Shown here piece after piece: positions 19,001 through 27,299 of a stretch of 64,000 bases of DNA. The stretch's first letter is position 1; every line of letters begins with the position of its first letter. The position numbers and the translations under genes were made by a program. The notes under the pieces are model-generated. The model saw nothing but the letters and a program-made list of their open reading frames with translations. It searched no databases and was not told the origin of the DNA. Origin of the DNA: Sedimentisphaerales bacterium (GTDB lineage: Bacteria; Planctomycetota; Phycisphaerae; Sedimentisphaerales; Anaerobacaceae); contig JAXGYC010000011.1 of NCBI GenBank assembly GCA_040772485.1, positions 160,001 to 224,000 of the forward strand, in the 5' to 3' direction.

Positions 19001-22000
19001 CAAAGAGAATGATGTCCGCATTCACGTAAGCGACGATCCGATGCGAAGCGCGCTGCTGGGCCTCCTCGAACAGCTTGTTGACCAGGGGCGTTCCGAATTC
19101 GTTGCGCTCGATGTCGGGCACGTGACACGCGCCGACCTCCTGCGCCATCTGACGCGTCCCCGGCTCGTCGCCGAACAGGATGATCTGCGGGGCCGGCCGC
19201 AGCCGGGCCCAGCTCCGAATCGCGTTCTTCTGGATGGTCGCGATGTGTCCTTCGAACGGCTTGGGCATCGCGAAGATCGTCAGGCCCTCTCCATCCTGCG
19301 GCGGCGAGGAAGGAACTCGGGACAACGCCATGTCACCGGGTCCGACCCGCGCGACAAGATCGTCGAACAGCCGCCGACAACGTGGATCGGCACAGTCCCG
19401 GACGACGCGACGGAGAAGGTCTCTGGCGCGCGTCAGCTCGCGGCAGCGGGCCAGACAGACCGCCAGACCGTAGATCAGGCCCGGATCGTTGGGATACTGC
19501 TCCAGGAGCCTCGTCAGGCGTTCCGCCACCGGCACAATCTTCTTCTGCCGGTAATCCTGAGCGAGATTGTCCATCGTTTCGCGCAGCGCCGCCGGCACAG
19601 GCACGGAGGCCAGCGGATTGTGCAACACCGAACCGTAGCACTCGATCGGTTCCACCTCGCGTCCGCGCGATCCCAATGTCTCTCGCAAGGCGCTTCGCCA
19701 CACGAATGAGACCTGCTTGCCCCCTTTCTCGTGGGCCAGCGGAATGCGGTGCGCGTTGACGAATTTCAGCAGCGGGATCACCTCGGCAAAGCCCATGAAT
19801 GAGCCGCCTCCGTGGTAAGGCGCGTAATACCCTTCGAAGCATTGCAGTTCGTCGATCTCTGCAACTACGCGGCTGTCCAGAAACGCCTTGGCGTTGTCGC
19901 GCGTCAGTCTTTCGGCGCTGAACCACAGATCGTCCACGACCACCAAGCTGCCGTCCGGCAGGGTCGGCAGCGCCCTGGTCAGCACGTGCTCCATGATCGG
20001 CACGCCGGGCAGATCGTGCGCATCCACGAAGAAGATCACCCGGTCCTGCGCCGTCCAGAGGGAGGCAAGATCCGTCTTGAGGATGTCCTGCTCCAGCAGA
20101 GTGACGCGCGACAGGTCCAGGGGCAGAATGCGTCCGGTCTCCTTCAAGGTCTGGAAGCTCAGATCGACCGCGTAGATTCTGGCGCGTTCGGCGGCGGCGA
20201 TCCAGGTGCGCAGCGAAAGCCCGGCCAGCGTCCCCAGCTCCACGACCGCCGTCGGATTCATCGTGCGGGCATAGCGGGCCAGAGCGATCAGGGTCCGGGC
20301 GGATTGGTCTCGATAGTAGAGTCGATTCTCGGTGGAGCTGATGCGATCGATCCAGGAGCGGACGATCTCGTCCGACAAGCCGTCCGGCCGCTCGCCGGCA
20401 GTGCACGTCATGGGCACCGGCTGCAAACCGCGCGCTCCAGGCTCACACTCTTCCAGCACCTTGTCCTTCAGTCCCCAGTTCTCCGAATTCACGTCCAGCG
20501 CCTTGCGAGTCCGCAGCATCTCCGCGCACAGGGGCTGGTACTCCTTGTGGTAATCCAGGCTCGGTCGTTCTTTGACGGTGTCCTGAGTCACTGCCCAGCC
20601 GAGCGAGTGTTCGATGTGGTAGAGGCGCAGCGGCTCGCGGAGGATCTTCTGCTCCAGCCCCACGGCGCGCGCCGCGTGAAGCAGCAGGCCATCGAGATAG
20701 ATCGACCAGAGGGGAAACTCCGGATAGCCCTTGAGCCGCTCCCACTGGGTGCGCGCCATCAGGGTGAAGTCGCCGCAGGCGTGGCTGTGCAACCGGTCCG
20801 GATCGCCGACCCGCGGCGGATCGCCCCACGCATAGGTGCCATGCTGCCCGTGGACGCGCACCACGTGACGGACGCAGAACTCCAGGACCTCATCGCGGGA
20901 CAATCCCGACGGGATCGTGGCCTGGCCCACATCGTGCCGGTCGATGCGGTAGACACAGTCCTCCCGCAGTTCCCGCCGGGCCAGCCAGGCGGCCAGCTCG
21001 TCGGAGAACAGCACGTCCATGTTGGTCGCCAGAACATATTGCCCCCGGGCCCGCCGAATTCCCACATTCTTGGCGATCATCTGGAACAACGGGAACTTGT
21101 CGGAGTTCCGGTACGATCGATGAATCTCGGGACCAACAACGATCACCCGGCTCGCCAGTCGCGACGGATCGGGCCAGCGCGTCGCCTGGGCCAGCGACGA
21201 CCGCGAGGGGTCGGGGTTCCATTCCACCACGATCAGCTCGGCCGCGAGGCCATGCCGCGCGCACATGTCGGCCAGGTGGTCGAGGAAGACCTGGAACCGA
21301 TGGAGGTGATTTCCGCCGTGGTCGTCGTTCCGCGTCGTCACCACGACGCTCAGGTAGGGCGCGTCCTGCGATTCGTCGCATCGCCCTGCCGCCGGGACGG
21401 CGATTGCGGCCCCTTCCCGATCCGCCTGCTCCCAATCTGCAACGGTCACGTGCTCTTCGGCCAGGCGGTCGTTGGCCAGGCCCCAGTCTGCGTCGTTGAA
21501 GATCAGCGGCTTTCGCTCGTTTCGCATGCGGTCCAGCAGCCGGCGCAGGGAGGCATTGTCCAGACGATCGATCTTTCCCTTGTCCAAGCGAGCATCGAGC
21601 GTTCGATCGCGATGAATCTCCGGCGTCCATCCCTCCTGGTGTTCGATGTGGTAGTGCACGTGGTCGTCGGGAAACACGTGTTCGGCGATCCCGGCGTAAT
21701 GCGCGCAGTGCAAAAACAGCGAATCGAGATGGAAGGAGAACATGTCCAGTTCCGCATAGCCGCGCAGACGAGACCAGTCCTCCTGCGCCAGGAGAGTGAA
21801 ATCGCCGCAGCCGTTGGTGAACAGCTTCGGGTGCCCGAGTTTCTCCTCGGTCACCTCGGGACGGTAGATGACGTGCCTGGACCCGTCGCGCACGTCGAGC
21901 GAGCACTCTCGCTGGTTCACGCGGATCAAATGGCTCTGACAATAGTCCAGGACCGCTTCGACAGGCATCCCGGACGTCAATGCGTTGTCCACGTCGTGGC

Positions 22001-22436
22001 GGATGCTGCGATAGCAGCGCCCGGACTGAAGATCCTGCTTCGCCAGGCGGGCAAACAGCGGATCAGAGAACACAATGTCCACGTTTGTCGCCAGGACGAA
22101 ACGGCCGCGCGCCCGGCGAATGCCCACATTCTTGGCGATCATCTGGTACACGGGCAGAGCCTGGGCGTGCCGATACCGAGCGTGGATCGCCGCTGGGACC
22201 TCGACGATGCGCACCGAGCAATACGGATGATGCGCGTCGAACCGCAGCACCTCCCGCAGGCGCGGACGGTCGGCGGGCGGATTCCATTCCACCAGGATCA
22301 GCTCCGTCTTCAGGCGGTGTCGCTGCGCCTGGGCCATCAGGCACTGAACGAAAAGCTGCATGCGCAGCGCGAGATTGCCGCCGTGATCGTCGTTTCTCGA
22401 CGTGGCCACCACGCTCAGATAAGGTGTATCGTTCAC
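10089..22436 (-). CDS. Giant (4115 aa) multidomain glycosyltransferase with methyltransferase, radical SAM/SPASM and TPR regions
   Basis: Uninterrupted 12.3 kb ORF, GTG start with GAGG RBS; repeated GT-A motifs (NVDI, NADI, DDD, QDADD), VVELGTLAG MTase motif, CNGGCVMC cluster motif, CTRPW...PCC...CKHC SPASM/twitch. Confidence 0.9.
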   Translation of the reverse strand: MNDTPYLSVVATSRNDDHGGNLALRMQLFVQCLMAQAQRHRLKTELILVEWNPPADRPRLREVLRFDAHHPYCSVRIVEVPAAIHARYRHAQALPVYQMIAKNVGIRRARGRFVLATNVDIVFSDPLFARLAKQDLQSGRCYRSIRHDVDNALTSGMPVEAVLDYCQSHLIRVNQRECSLDVRDGSRHVIYRPEVTEEKLGHPKLFTNGCGDFTLLAQEDWSRLRGYAELDMFSFHLDSLFLHCAHYAGIAEHVFPDDHVHYHIEHQEGWTPEIHRDRTLDARLDKGKIDRLDNASLRRLLDRMRNERKPLIFNDADWGLANDRLAEEHVTVADWEQADREGAAIAVPAAGRCDESQDAPYLSVVVTTRNDDHGGNHLHRFQVFLDHLADMCARHGLAAELIVVEWNPDPSRSSLAQATRWPDPSRLASRVIVVGPEIHRSYRNSDKFPLFQMIAKNVGIRRARGQYVLATNMDVLFSDELAAWLARRELREDCVYRIDRHDVGQATIPSGLSRDEVLEFCVRHVVRVHGQHGTYAWGDPPRVGDPDRLHSHACGDFTLMARTQWERLKGYPEFPLWSIYLDGLLLHAARAVGLEQKILREPLRLYHIEHSLGWAVTQDTVKERPSLDYHKEYQPLCAEMLRTRKALDVNSENWGLKDKVLEECEPGARGLQPVPMTCTAGERPDGLSDEIVRSWIDRISSTENRLYYRDQSARTLIALARYARTMNPTAVVELGTLAGLSLRTWIAAAERARIYAVDLSFQTLKETGRILPLDLSRVTLLEQDILKTDLASLWTAQDRVIFFVDAHDLPGVPIMEHVLTRALPTLPDGSLVVVDDLWFSAERLTRDNAKAFLDSRVVAEIDELQCFEGYYAPYHGGGSFMGFAEVIPLLKFVNAHRIPLAHEKGGKQVSFVWRSALRETLGSRGREVEPIECYGSVLHNPLASVPVPAALRETMDNLAQDYRQKKIVPVAERLTRLLEQYPNDPGLIYGLAVCLARCRELTRARDLLRRVVRDCADPRCRRLFDDLVARVGPGDMALSRVPSSPPQDGEGLTIFAMPKPFEGHIATIQKNAIRSWARLRPAPQIILFGDEPGTRQMAQEVGACHVPDIERNEFGTPLVNKLFEEAQQRASHRIVAYVNADIILFESFVKGVREVQSRLAKFLLIGQRWDLTVLDEIDFDRSDWQSTLQAQMQERAMLHAECGLDYFVFPKGVYPEIPAFAIGRIAWDNWLVMAPHRAGVPVVDGTEFITVVHQDHDYGHVAGGRRGAWSGAEASRNRALAGKVDDSAYTSGAEWILRRDGRLTETAPREPVFSSSSYREYRHAWLAREARRLMALDRMELAAAKWEETLPILERLLIAARRKGSSPDSDGVRLAECYATACVSLAQCHMQLGCHDRVVAAYTRLLETSLFEIPQKQRDDIQQVCDRLRERLPQSKDPLAHSPVDRRKRSTPAEMVQPSRCCGATRPGHGEKRLALIVSIPDRADDLRRLLVDIEDQADDIRILLNEYDTVPEDLYRFAKVSRIEASPKGELYASGAWDLLMPDDDGYVLVMDDDIKYPPDYADTMIAKIEEHQRRAVVVVHGMDFRPPCADFVVDRNMYHFETACRQDRVVHAGGVGTLVFHTSTIRPRSRDFPNPNFRDLWFAVLAAKREVPIVCIARDAGWLLAKRMRGRQLWRMACEQGQRDLKNEVFRTRLLPSLNIDVLQTHAADHRFSIFCFTNGRRTFDYCVRSLTDSWDRHEKTVMLRDMDFFAATAQCLEDCETPYFFKVDDDFLLHPQAIAYMRKKVLEYPYPEELGIYYCHLWEDWTRRVRQSIKVYRAEALRRIGGFQVNDQGKVDEATKAALERAGFKVVEDPSVVALHACGTWEEQLEYERLWSAMADAPYEKPTHDAMKAYCGTKSLETQYAMRLGTLESINRHLNTPFHRFLVESSTDAQGVPSPEDASEGRVASWHGVDYAEAGGSLLHPPSKPRRQRVRDLGSRPAAPAEHSAQIDSARRPQVSVVLACRDGEKHLRECLDSILKQTLSEWELFLLDDGSTDGTRRVMEEYAAGDARIRPFFFDESAGPYIRRNFAIERAGAPFVVIQDADDLMCPEKLERLWLAITQDDRLGVVGSFYRMFLDEYQGAEHSDTVVLKTTHEQILEEYRNAAVCDFCWHGSAIIRKRLFEDIGPYDENPFASDSFWLAKVAEYACRSEAVRLMNLPEALTLRRMHVSSQTGSLPAFDPRSRRAHFKEHRRQKLSELIRTLHADPRANIKAVLRRTVCGDFIKKNARLFPEWENAPLTGPIVQGFLGRIYSHFTKGQFVQCLWTSRIVEQLVEGIAQNVRSYELIKGLAYFALGYPCESRECLDRECDIHGTPVAAQFRADWLDRGNGLQPRAQRLSLIERALFHPDGGQTEPVECLLDSGAKGPTGVSVIVSLAGDAASWADVIASFGAQTEKDFEVIAMVPAPLGEDLARRAGHVGFRLSVLGTREGVSQCRYRNVAADRAQGRCLAFLGEHVAPDRDFVARVQQHFQEKDLCGLRGRILCEGCPSTPLRFDLGPDQLAAAWDIDELCVFDRETFFRLGGFPAVPFDHGAIHLSHRAYADLRGGRRRILYCPDVLCRYRGPEELRVGLVDRFAMENRFVVSQALLAAHLQEDQERHVWGFREFLEGLYWRDTGTPEECFRRFLRSSLFFRERDLHLASEWARMALRLRPDCIEARCVLGSAQAMLGQPGDACVLLEACLEPLEELIALERLDRARSEFRCYADIVECYVASCTLLAECYMKTGRYDRVGGTYGRLLGNPHVHLDPAQRQNMERIRDRLASSHRAEIVSRPSHGAGRGRDAAPVNSPPPGRTEPRSPVVRPADESGRDRASEDPCVQKLTELERMYRSMPTGSASRHAVASRLAELFRKAGATDKSKMLEREAQAIGNTMAYEEARRTKPDVCCHRPVTVEFNVITRCNGGCVMCSYGTDGEIMDLAQFQRLADEWLPAARDAHLIGGEVLLHPQFYELCEYANRFGVCLGMTTNLSTLAGRRAEAIHKFFHTVRVSVDGATRQTYESIRRRLSFERLCQNLAVLADIKRSRPELEMELAFVAMRQNIAELPDVIEMAARYAFDSVAVNFVHVYNAQTLDDSLLFHRELANKHLDLTRAAAARLGLALDIPDNFDLSRTPYVASQQLTEGHRQCTRPWQRVRLLIHGEVIPCCHLHDLPMGNALTESFEGVWNGEKFRGLRQAIRDSRDEMPERCKHCRILMRGADSNDAMMHVSPALVPELKQRLQARASTPAMAVSVAPASRASVPAVSVVLACRNGEKHLPECLDSILQQTLSEWELLILDDGSTDGTRGIIEAYAARDARIRPFYFDESAGPYVRRNFAIRQARAPFVSIQDADDIMCPDKLRRLCDAIGGDERLAVVGSFYRKFLDDFTGIESTEAMTLPETHEEILEAYDARSMWDFVWHGSAIVRRMLFEEIGLYDENPFGADSFWLAKVAEYARRTERIRLCNTPEFLTLRRVHSESQVGQLPAMDPRSRRTRYSQYCLSRLQEVVNTVARDPSMDVARALRECTCADFLPRFGAQIAEWEREPMDEGIVVRFLQRATECFRMQRYVSCVQALSALEGMDLELPHRLANVDLVRALALYGLGHKERCQIYLRREMAHHDTPAARQFYEETFTRGVQIDVQQWGAEHADAVALRITDARPRVPSAPAGPGVETALGGSPKVTVITACRNAARFLPECLDSILSQTLGQWELFLLDDASTDDTRRIIEEYAQRDARIHACFFDDQKGPYVRRNFAIERARADFIVIHDADDLMGSTKLETLYDEISRDDRLAMVGSNYRTFLEVYQGPEHSECSQLPLTDGEIMTRFKSWQHGMSHGTAIIRKVLFAEIGLYDENPFSADSFWSAKLALYAQAGQPVFVKNVPESLTLIRLHAMNYTRVVSTLDPRNRRTRYRQYCEGRLWRIRERLKSEPGMDIGRALRQCTCGDFLTRFRAQILAWESQPLDDRVVPEYLDIAVSLFHRGFFVSCVNILNNVEVLDATVADRVVGYSLLRGLAFFALRMNGQARLHLDREIRRHGTAAARRFVNDALESTKPVDLASWCQEHAERLNLGMTKPGAKAPQRTTLSPVGT

Positions 22437-22485
22437 TGCGTGCGTCCTCTTCTATCGCGCTGTCTTACGTGTACGTCTTCGCTCG

Positions 22486-23325
22486 TCAGGTCGTGGAAGA
22501 GACATCCAGCCGCCTGCCATAGCGTCGCAGGGAAGCGGGCAGAATCTGGATGTCCTCGTCACAGAAGTCGATCTTGTGCCAGTTCAGCGACTTCTTCCCC
22601 GCCAGAACCAGCGTGCCGTCGTAGCACTGGAACACTCTCGTTTCCGTCCGCGTGTCGTCGAACATGGCGTCGATATGGTTGTTCTCGATGCCGAACAGGG
22701 GATAGTCTTCGCGGGGCACGAAGAAGGCGTTGCATCCCACAGTGCAGACCAGCTCGTATCCCTTCTGCTTGCCCAGCTCGATCATCGCCAGGAGCGAGCT
22801 GCCCTGATTGACGGAGACATCCGCTTCCTGGATGAAGAGGATGTCGTTGGGAATGTGATTGTTGAACTCGATCACAACGATCCGCGGCCGAAACCGCGTC
22901 AGAAACCGCCAGACGTGCCAGTCGTTTCCGTCGATGTCAGTGCTCAGCAGCGCGAAGTCGGCCGACACGCCGTGCCGCTCCAAATGCCGGTCCAGCGCCG
23001 CGTCGCCCTGCCAGCCGACGAAGGCGTTGGAGGTGACCGCGCCGGGATGATCGCGGTACGAGCTTTCCAATTGGGCGTACTTGGCCCGGTCCGCTTCGAT
23101 CAGCAGGTCCTTCCACCCCCGATGATTCAGAAGGTTCCACGTGTTGCTTCCCAGGCGGCCGTCCCAGGCGCCGAATTCGACGCAATAGCCGGGAGCGACG
23201 TTCATCCTCGCCGCGATGTACTCGATGATACCGTCCTCACCGTTGCTGGAGGTGACCTTGTTGCGGTATTGCAGCAGGATATTGCCGGCGCCTTTGCGCT
23301 TGGGCACAACTTGCAGCACTCTCAT
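22486..23325 (-). CDS. FkbM-like SAM-dependent methyltransferase
   Basis: SSNGEDGII, VEFGAWDG, LLSTDIDGNDW, RPRIVVIEFN, GKQKGYELV; ATGA overlap with upstream stop. Confidence 0.75.
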   Translation of the reverse strand: MRVLQVVPKRKGAGNILLQYRNKVTSSNGEDGIIEYIAARMNVAPGYCVEFGAWDGRLGSNTWNLLNHRGWKDLLIEADRAKYAQLESSYRDHPGAVTSNAFVGWQGDAALDRHLERHGVSADFALLSTDIDGNDWHVWRFLTRFRPRIVVIEFNNHIPNDILFIQEADVSVNQGSSLLAMIELGKQKGYELVCTVGCNAFFVPREDYPLFGIENNHIDAMFDDTRTETRVFQCYDGTLVLAGKKSLNWHKIDFCDEDIQILPASLRRYGRRLDVSSTT

Positions 23326-26300
23326 GTCTTCTTCCTTCCCACGAGGATATGGCTCGGCTTGATCCAGAACCACCGTTCGAGCTGATCGGCAAGCAGGTCA
23401 CGGATGCTCTCCACGCCCTGCATCACTCCCTGGACCACGGGACTGCGGTCGCGCATCGGCGGGCAGAAGTCGTGCCAGAGGACCAGGCCGCCGGGCCGGA
23501 GCAGAGACAGCGCCTTGCGGCTGTCGGAGGCGACGATCTCGGGGAAATGGCCACCGTCGATCAGAGCCGTGTCGAAGAACCCCGGCGGGTAGTTCGAGGT
23601 GTCCCACTGCCGTGAATCGCAGAAGATCTGGCAGACACGATGCCCAAGCTGCTTCTCCAGGTAGAACCGGCCGATGAAACCAAACGAATCCGTGGGGTAT
23701 TCGCGCTGCTCGGGCAGCCCGATGCGCCGGGCCCACTCGCCCACAAGCGAAGTGCCCAAGCCGTAGGAGTCGCCGTCGCCGGAATACGCCGGCTCGCCGT
23801 TGGGTTGTGACTCGCCAAACGGCAGGTTCAGCGTCCAGACGGTTGCGTCACACTCCTGGAGACAGTAGACGACGCCGGCGCCCTGCCAGGTGCCAAATTC
23901 CAGATGGCGTCGCGGCCGAAAATGGCGATAGAGGTAGCGGAAGATCGGCATGTCGTCGATCTCCATCTTCCAGGCGCCGAGCGATTTCGTCAGGGACGAC
24001 GCCGGATAGTCGATCGGCGTCTGAAACCCGAGGGCGCGGTGCAGTTCCTGGACCGGAACGAAGGGAATAGTCCCGTCGTCGAGGGGCATCGCATCAGCGG
24101 GCGCTTCGGTTCGCCTGTCGGTAACGCCGCTCACGCGCTGCGGATCGCCGCCGGCCCGCAGATACTGATCGACGACGTCATGAGCCTCATCCGACCGACC
24201 TGCTTTTCGCAACACGCTGACGTAATTCGACACGAGGGCGCCGTTGGTGCGGTCCCTCCGAAAGGCGTTCTGGAAACAGCGCAGGCCCTCGGAAATCTGG
24301 TTCTGCTGGACCAGCAGCACGCCCAGGTTGTTCCACGCATTCGCGTGCTCGGGATCGGCCGCCACCGCGTGACGGAACACGCTCGTGGCGTTGGGCACGT
24401 CGCCCTTGTGGTACATGTCGATGCCGGCGCTGACCATCTGTCCAACGTTCATCGGGGATCGCTTGGACTGCTGTTTCTGCGACAGTTCCGGCCAGTACGG
24501 AGTTTCCTGCACATGGGCCGCGATAGGCAAAGACTCGGCCGACACTTTCTGGCAGGCTCTTCTGCCTGCGCACGAAGCACGGATAGGAAGAGATGTCCGT
24601 TCTGAAACGTCGATCGCCGAGCAAGAGCGCGCGGCTTGAGCACACAACCCCTTGCTAAAGGACGGTGTGCGCCGTCGCACATCCCCCCCACGACCGTCAT
24701 TACAGGTTACCGTGACTATGCTCGGACAAGGAGACAAGACCTGCTGACCTTTGCATTCACCCAAAGTCGCGTTGTTTCCACGATCGTCCGACGCCAACAC
24801 CGACACCGGATTTCGCTCTGGTGGCGGAGTCTCCTGAGGCGCACAGGATACCTTCGTCAGATCAAACCAGTTGAACTCAATTCCATCGGTGCCGAAGTTC
24901 CGACTCCAATTGAGCCGATAGTCAGGCCCAAACAGGCTCTTCGTTTTTTCGTCGTCGTACCATTCCGCCCACGGGGTCCGTTCGCCATCTGTCATCTTGC
25001 CAAAGTGCTCAAAGGATTGCGCGCCGAGCTGAATGTAGCGTTCCTTGGGATAGGCAAGCATAACCACCTTGCCGCCGATGCGCAGGAACGGACTCAGTGC
25101 CGCCACTTCTTTTTTCATAAAGTCAAACGGAGCATTCAGAAAAGAGCCGATGGCCATGAATACGTCAAAGGCCTTGTCAAAGTGGAAGGCGAAGAAATCC
25201 TCGACGAAATAGTACTCCGCCCGAATTCCCTTGAGTGCGCATATTCGTTGCAATAGAGTCAAATTGTCCTGTACAATATCTACGAATGTAACTCGTGCGC
25301 CGTGCTGCGCGAAGAAGATTCCATCCACCCCGATGCCTGGGCCGATGTCCGCCACCTCCTTTCCGGCGAACTCGTCCTTGTACAACTGCTGAAACCAGCC
25401 CCGAACCTCAGGCGTAGAGGTCTGCCGTCTTCCCTCTTCCCAATACTGCAGAAGCTGCTGATCGGACCATTCGAGCATGTTGCGGCTAAACAGCCTCTCC
25501 TGTCGCGTCCCCGGCAGCTCGCGCCACTTATCACGCAGGCCAGCGATGACATCCGCCGGATGAGTCTGGTCTTCTGCTTCGGTATTTTCTGTCACTTCCG
25601 CACGGACAATGCAGTAATCGCCGACGAACAAAGCATCCAGCCCCGACCCCAGCAAATCCTCAATCGCGTCTTCCGGAGTATTGACGATCGGTTCGCCATG
25701 CATATTGAATGAAGTATTCAGAACCATGGGTACGCCTGTGAGCTCATGTACCTTGCAGATCAACTTGTAGTACCTGGGGTTTTGCTGTTCCGTTACGCTC
25801 TGTGGACGAGCGGTCCCATCGACGTGGACAATTCCGGGGACCTTCTCGCGCTTGTGCGAATGCACCTTGGCTTCCATGAGCATGTAGGGGCTGGAAGCAA
25901 TATCAAACCAATTCAGACATTCCTCGGCCAGAACAGACGGTGCATAGGGACGGAAATATTCTCGTTTCTTTACCCGCGTATTCAGATCATCTTTGGCATG
26001 CCGATTCACCGGATTGGTCAGAATGCTGCGGTTGCCGAGCGCCCGTGGTCCGCACTCCATGCGACCTTGCACCCAGCCAATGATCTTGTTTTCGGAAATC
26101 ATCTTCGCCGCGGTGTGACAGAGCTGGTCTTCTGACATCCTCGACCACCGGACGCGATCCACATAGGTTTCGATCGCAGCTTCGATATCAAAATCACGGG
26201 AGATATCCGGCCCGCTGTACACATTGAATTCATGGGCCCCACATCCTGTTGTTTTTGCGTCCAGAACCAAGGCACATCCAAGGGAGGTACCGCCATCATA

Positions 26301-27299
26301 GGCGGGAGGCGATACGAAGAAGCCCTCAAAGAGGCCGAGGTCGTGGATCCGCCGGTTGGTGCAAACGTTTAAGGCGACCCCTCCGGCAAAACAGAGATTC
26401 TCAACCTTCGGCAAATGGTGTGGAATCATTTTGACAAGATGCAAAATCGCATCTTCCAATGCATTCTGCATCGTTGCTGCCAAGTCGCAGTGAATTTGCT
26501 CCAAGGGCTCATGGGGCTGTCGAGGTTTACCAAATCGTTCCAGACCCTTTTGCGAGAAACCACTGCCCCCGATGTGATAATTGAAGAAACTCAGATCTAT
26601 GGAAACAGGCTTGTAAGGATCTTCTGCAAGAACGATGATGTCATCTAGCAATCCTGGAGAGACTTTCCCATACCCTGCCAATCCCATCAGCTTTCCAGGA
26701 CCAGAAATCCAGCCCAGTCCGAGATGACTGGCAAATACAGTATAGAGAAAGCCAAGCGATTCAGGATAAAGCAGAAAGTCATGCGCTTTCTTAAGATTAG
26801 GTCCAGATCCGTGATAGAGCGTGCATGTTTCCCGATCACCTGAACCGTCGATTGTCAGTACGGAAGAATCATGAAATCCGGAAATGTAGTAGGCACTGCC
26901 CGCGTGTGCGAGGTGATGATTAATGTAATGGAACTGTGTCTTTCGTCCAAAACGAAAATGGCTGAACAGTACATCTCTGACCCGAGAAATGTCTTCTGCT
27001 GCCTTGCTGTAATAGGCCAAACTGGCAGGACTGGCACCATATTTTGCTACGACATCATCAACAAAGACCTTCCGCAGAACGGCGGGGTCCAAGTAGTAGC
27101 CGATGTGATCGATGTCTGCCAATGTGATGCCGCCTCGATTCAGACAAAACTCAACGGCATGAAAAGGGATGCCGTTTGAGTGTTTCTTTCTGTTGAAGCG
27201 CTCTTCTTCAACGGAGGCAATGATCTGGTTGTCCATGATCAAGGTTGCGGATGCGTCATGGAAAAGATCGTTGATTCCATTAATGCCGAGAATGTTCAT
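23322..27299 (-). CDS. O-carbamoyltransferase (NodU/CmcH family) fused to methyltransferase, TPR and second methyltransferase domains
   Basis: HDASA, EEERFNRKKH, HHLAH, DGSGD, GPRALGNRSIL, NTSFNMHGEPIV; DIGPGIG; AWNNLGV TPR; EFGTWQG...IDGGH...LRPGGLVLWHD. Confidence 0.9.
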   Translation of the reverse strand: MNILGINGINDLFHDASATLIMDNQIIASVEEERFNRKKHSNGIPFHAVEFCLNRGGITLADIDHIGYYLDPAVLRKVFVDDVVAKYGASPASLAYYSKAAEDISRVRDVLFSHFRFGRKTQFHYINHHLAHAGSAYYISGFHDSSVLTIDGSGDRETCTLYHGSGPNLKKAHDFLLYPESLGFLYTVFASHLGLGWISGPGKLMGLAGYGKVSPGLLDDIIVLAEDPYKPVSIDLSFFNYHIGGSGFSQKGLERFGKPRQPHEPLEQIHCDLAATMQNALEDAILHLVKMIPHHLPKVENLCFAGGVALNVCTNRRIHDLGLFEGFFVSPPAYDGGTSLGCALVLDAKTTGCGAHEFNVYSGPDISRDFDIEAAIETYVDRVRWSRMSEDQLCHTAAKMISENKIIGWVQGRMECGPRALGNRSILTNPVNRHAKDDLNTRVKKREYFRPYAPSVLAEECLNWFDIASSPYMLMEAKVHSHKREKVPGIVHVDGTARPQSVTEQQNPRYYKLICKVHELTGVPMVLNTSFNMHGEPIVNTPEDAIEDLLGSGLDALFVGDYCIVRAEVTENTEAEDQTHPADVIAGLRDKWRELPGTRQERLFSRNMLEWSDQQLLQYWEEGRRQTSTPEVRGWFQQLYKDEFAGKEVADIGPGIGVDGIFFAQHGARVTFVDIVQDNLTLLQRICALKGIRAEYYFVEDFFAFHFDKAFDVFMAIGSFLNAPFDFMKKEVAALSPFLRIGGKVVMLAYPKERYIQLGAQSFEHFGKMTDGERTPWAEWYDDEKTKSLFGPDYRLNWSRNFGTDGIEFNWFDLTKVSCAPQETPPPERNPVSVLASDDRGNNATLGECKGQQVLSPCPSIVTVTCNDGRGGDVRRRTPSFSKGLCAQAARSCSAIDVSERTSLPIRASCAGRRACQKVSAESLPIAAHVQETPYWPELSQKQQSKRSPMNVGQMVSAGIDMYHKGDVPNATSVFRHAVAADPEHANAWNNLGVLLVQQNQISEGLRCFQNAFRRDRTNGALVSNYVSVLRKAGRSDEAHDVVDQYLRAGGDPQRVSGVTDRRTEAPADAMPLDDGTIPFVPVQELHRALGFQTPIDYPASSLTKSLGAWKMEIDDMPIFRYLYRHFRPRRHLEFGTWQGAGVVYCLQECDATVWTLNLPFGESQPNGEPAYSGDGDSYGLGTSLVGEWARRIGLPEQREYPTDSFGFIGRFYLEKQLGHRVCQIFCDSRQWDTSNYPPGFFDTALIDGGHFPEIVASDSRKALSLLRPGGLVLWHDFCPPMRDRSPVVQGVMQGVESIRDLLADQLERWFWIKPSHILVGRKKT

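Noticed and set aside
10089..22436. NRPS/PKS or giant adhesin interpretation of the 4115-aa ORF
   Set aside because: No condensation, adenylation, ketosynthase, carrier or beta-repeat motifs seen; motifs are GT, MTase, radical SAM and TPR
19812..22811. 999-aa plus-strand ORF, and similar long ORFs at 13971-16640, 40508-43114 and 48713-51619
   Set aside because: Antisense shadows of well-supported genes, expected in GC-rich DNA; no recognisable motifs
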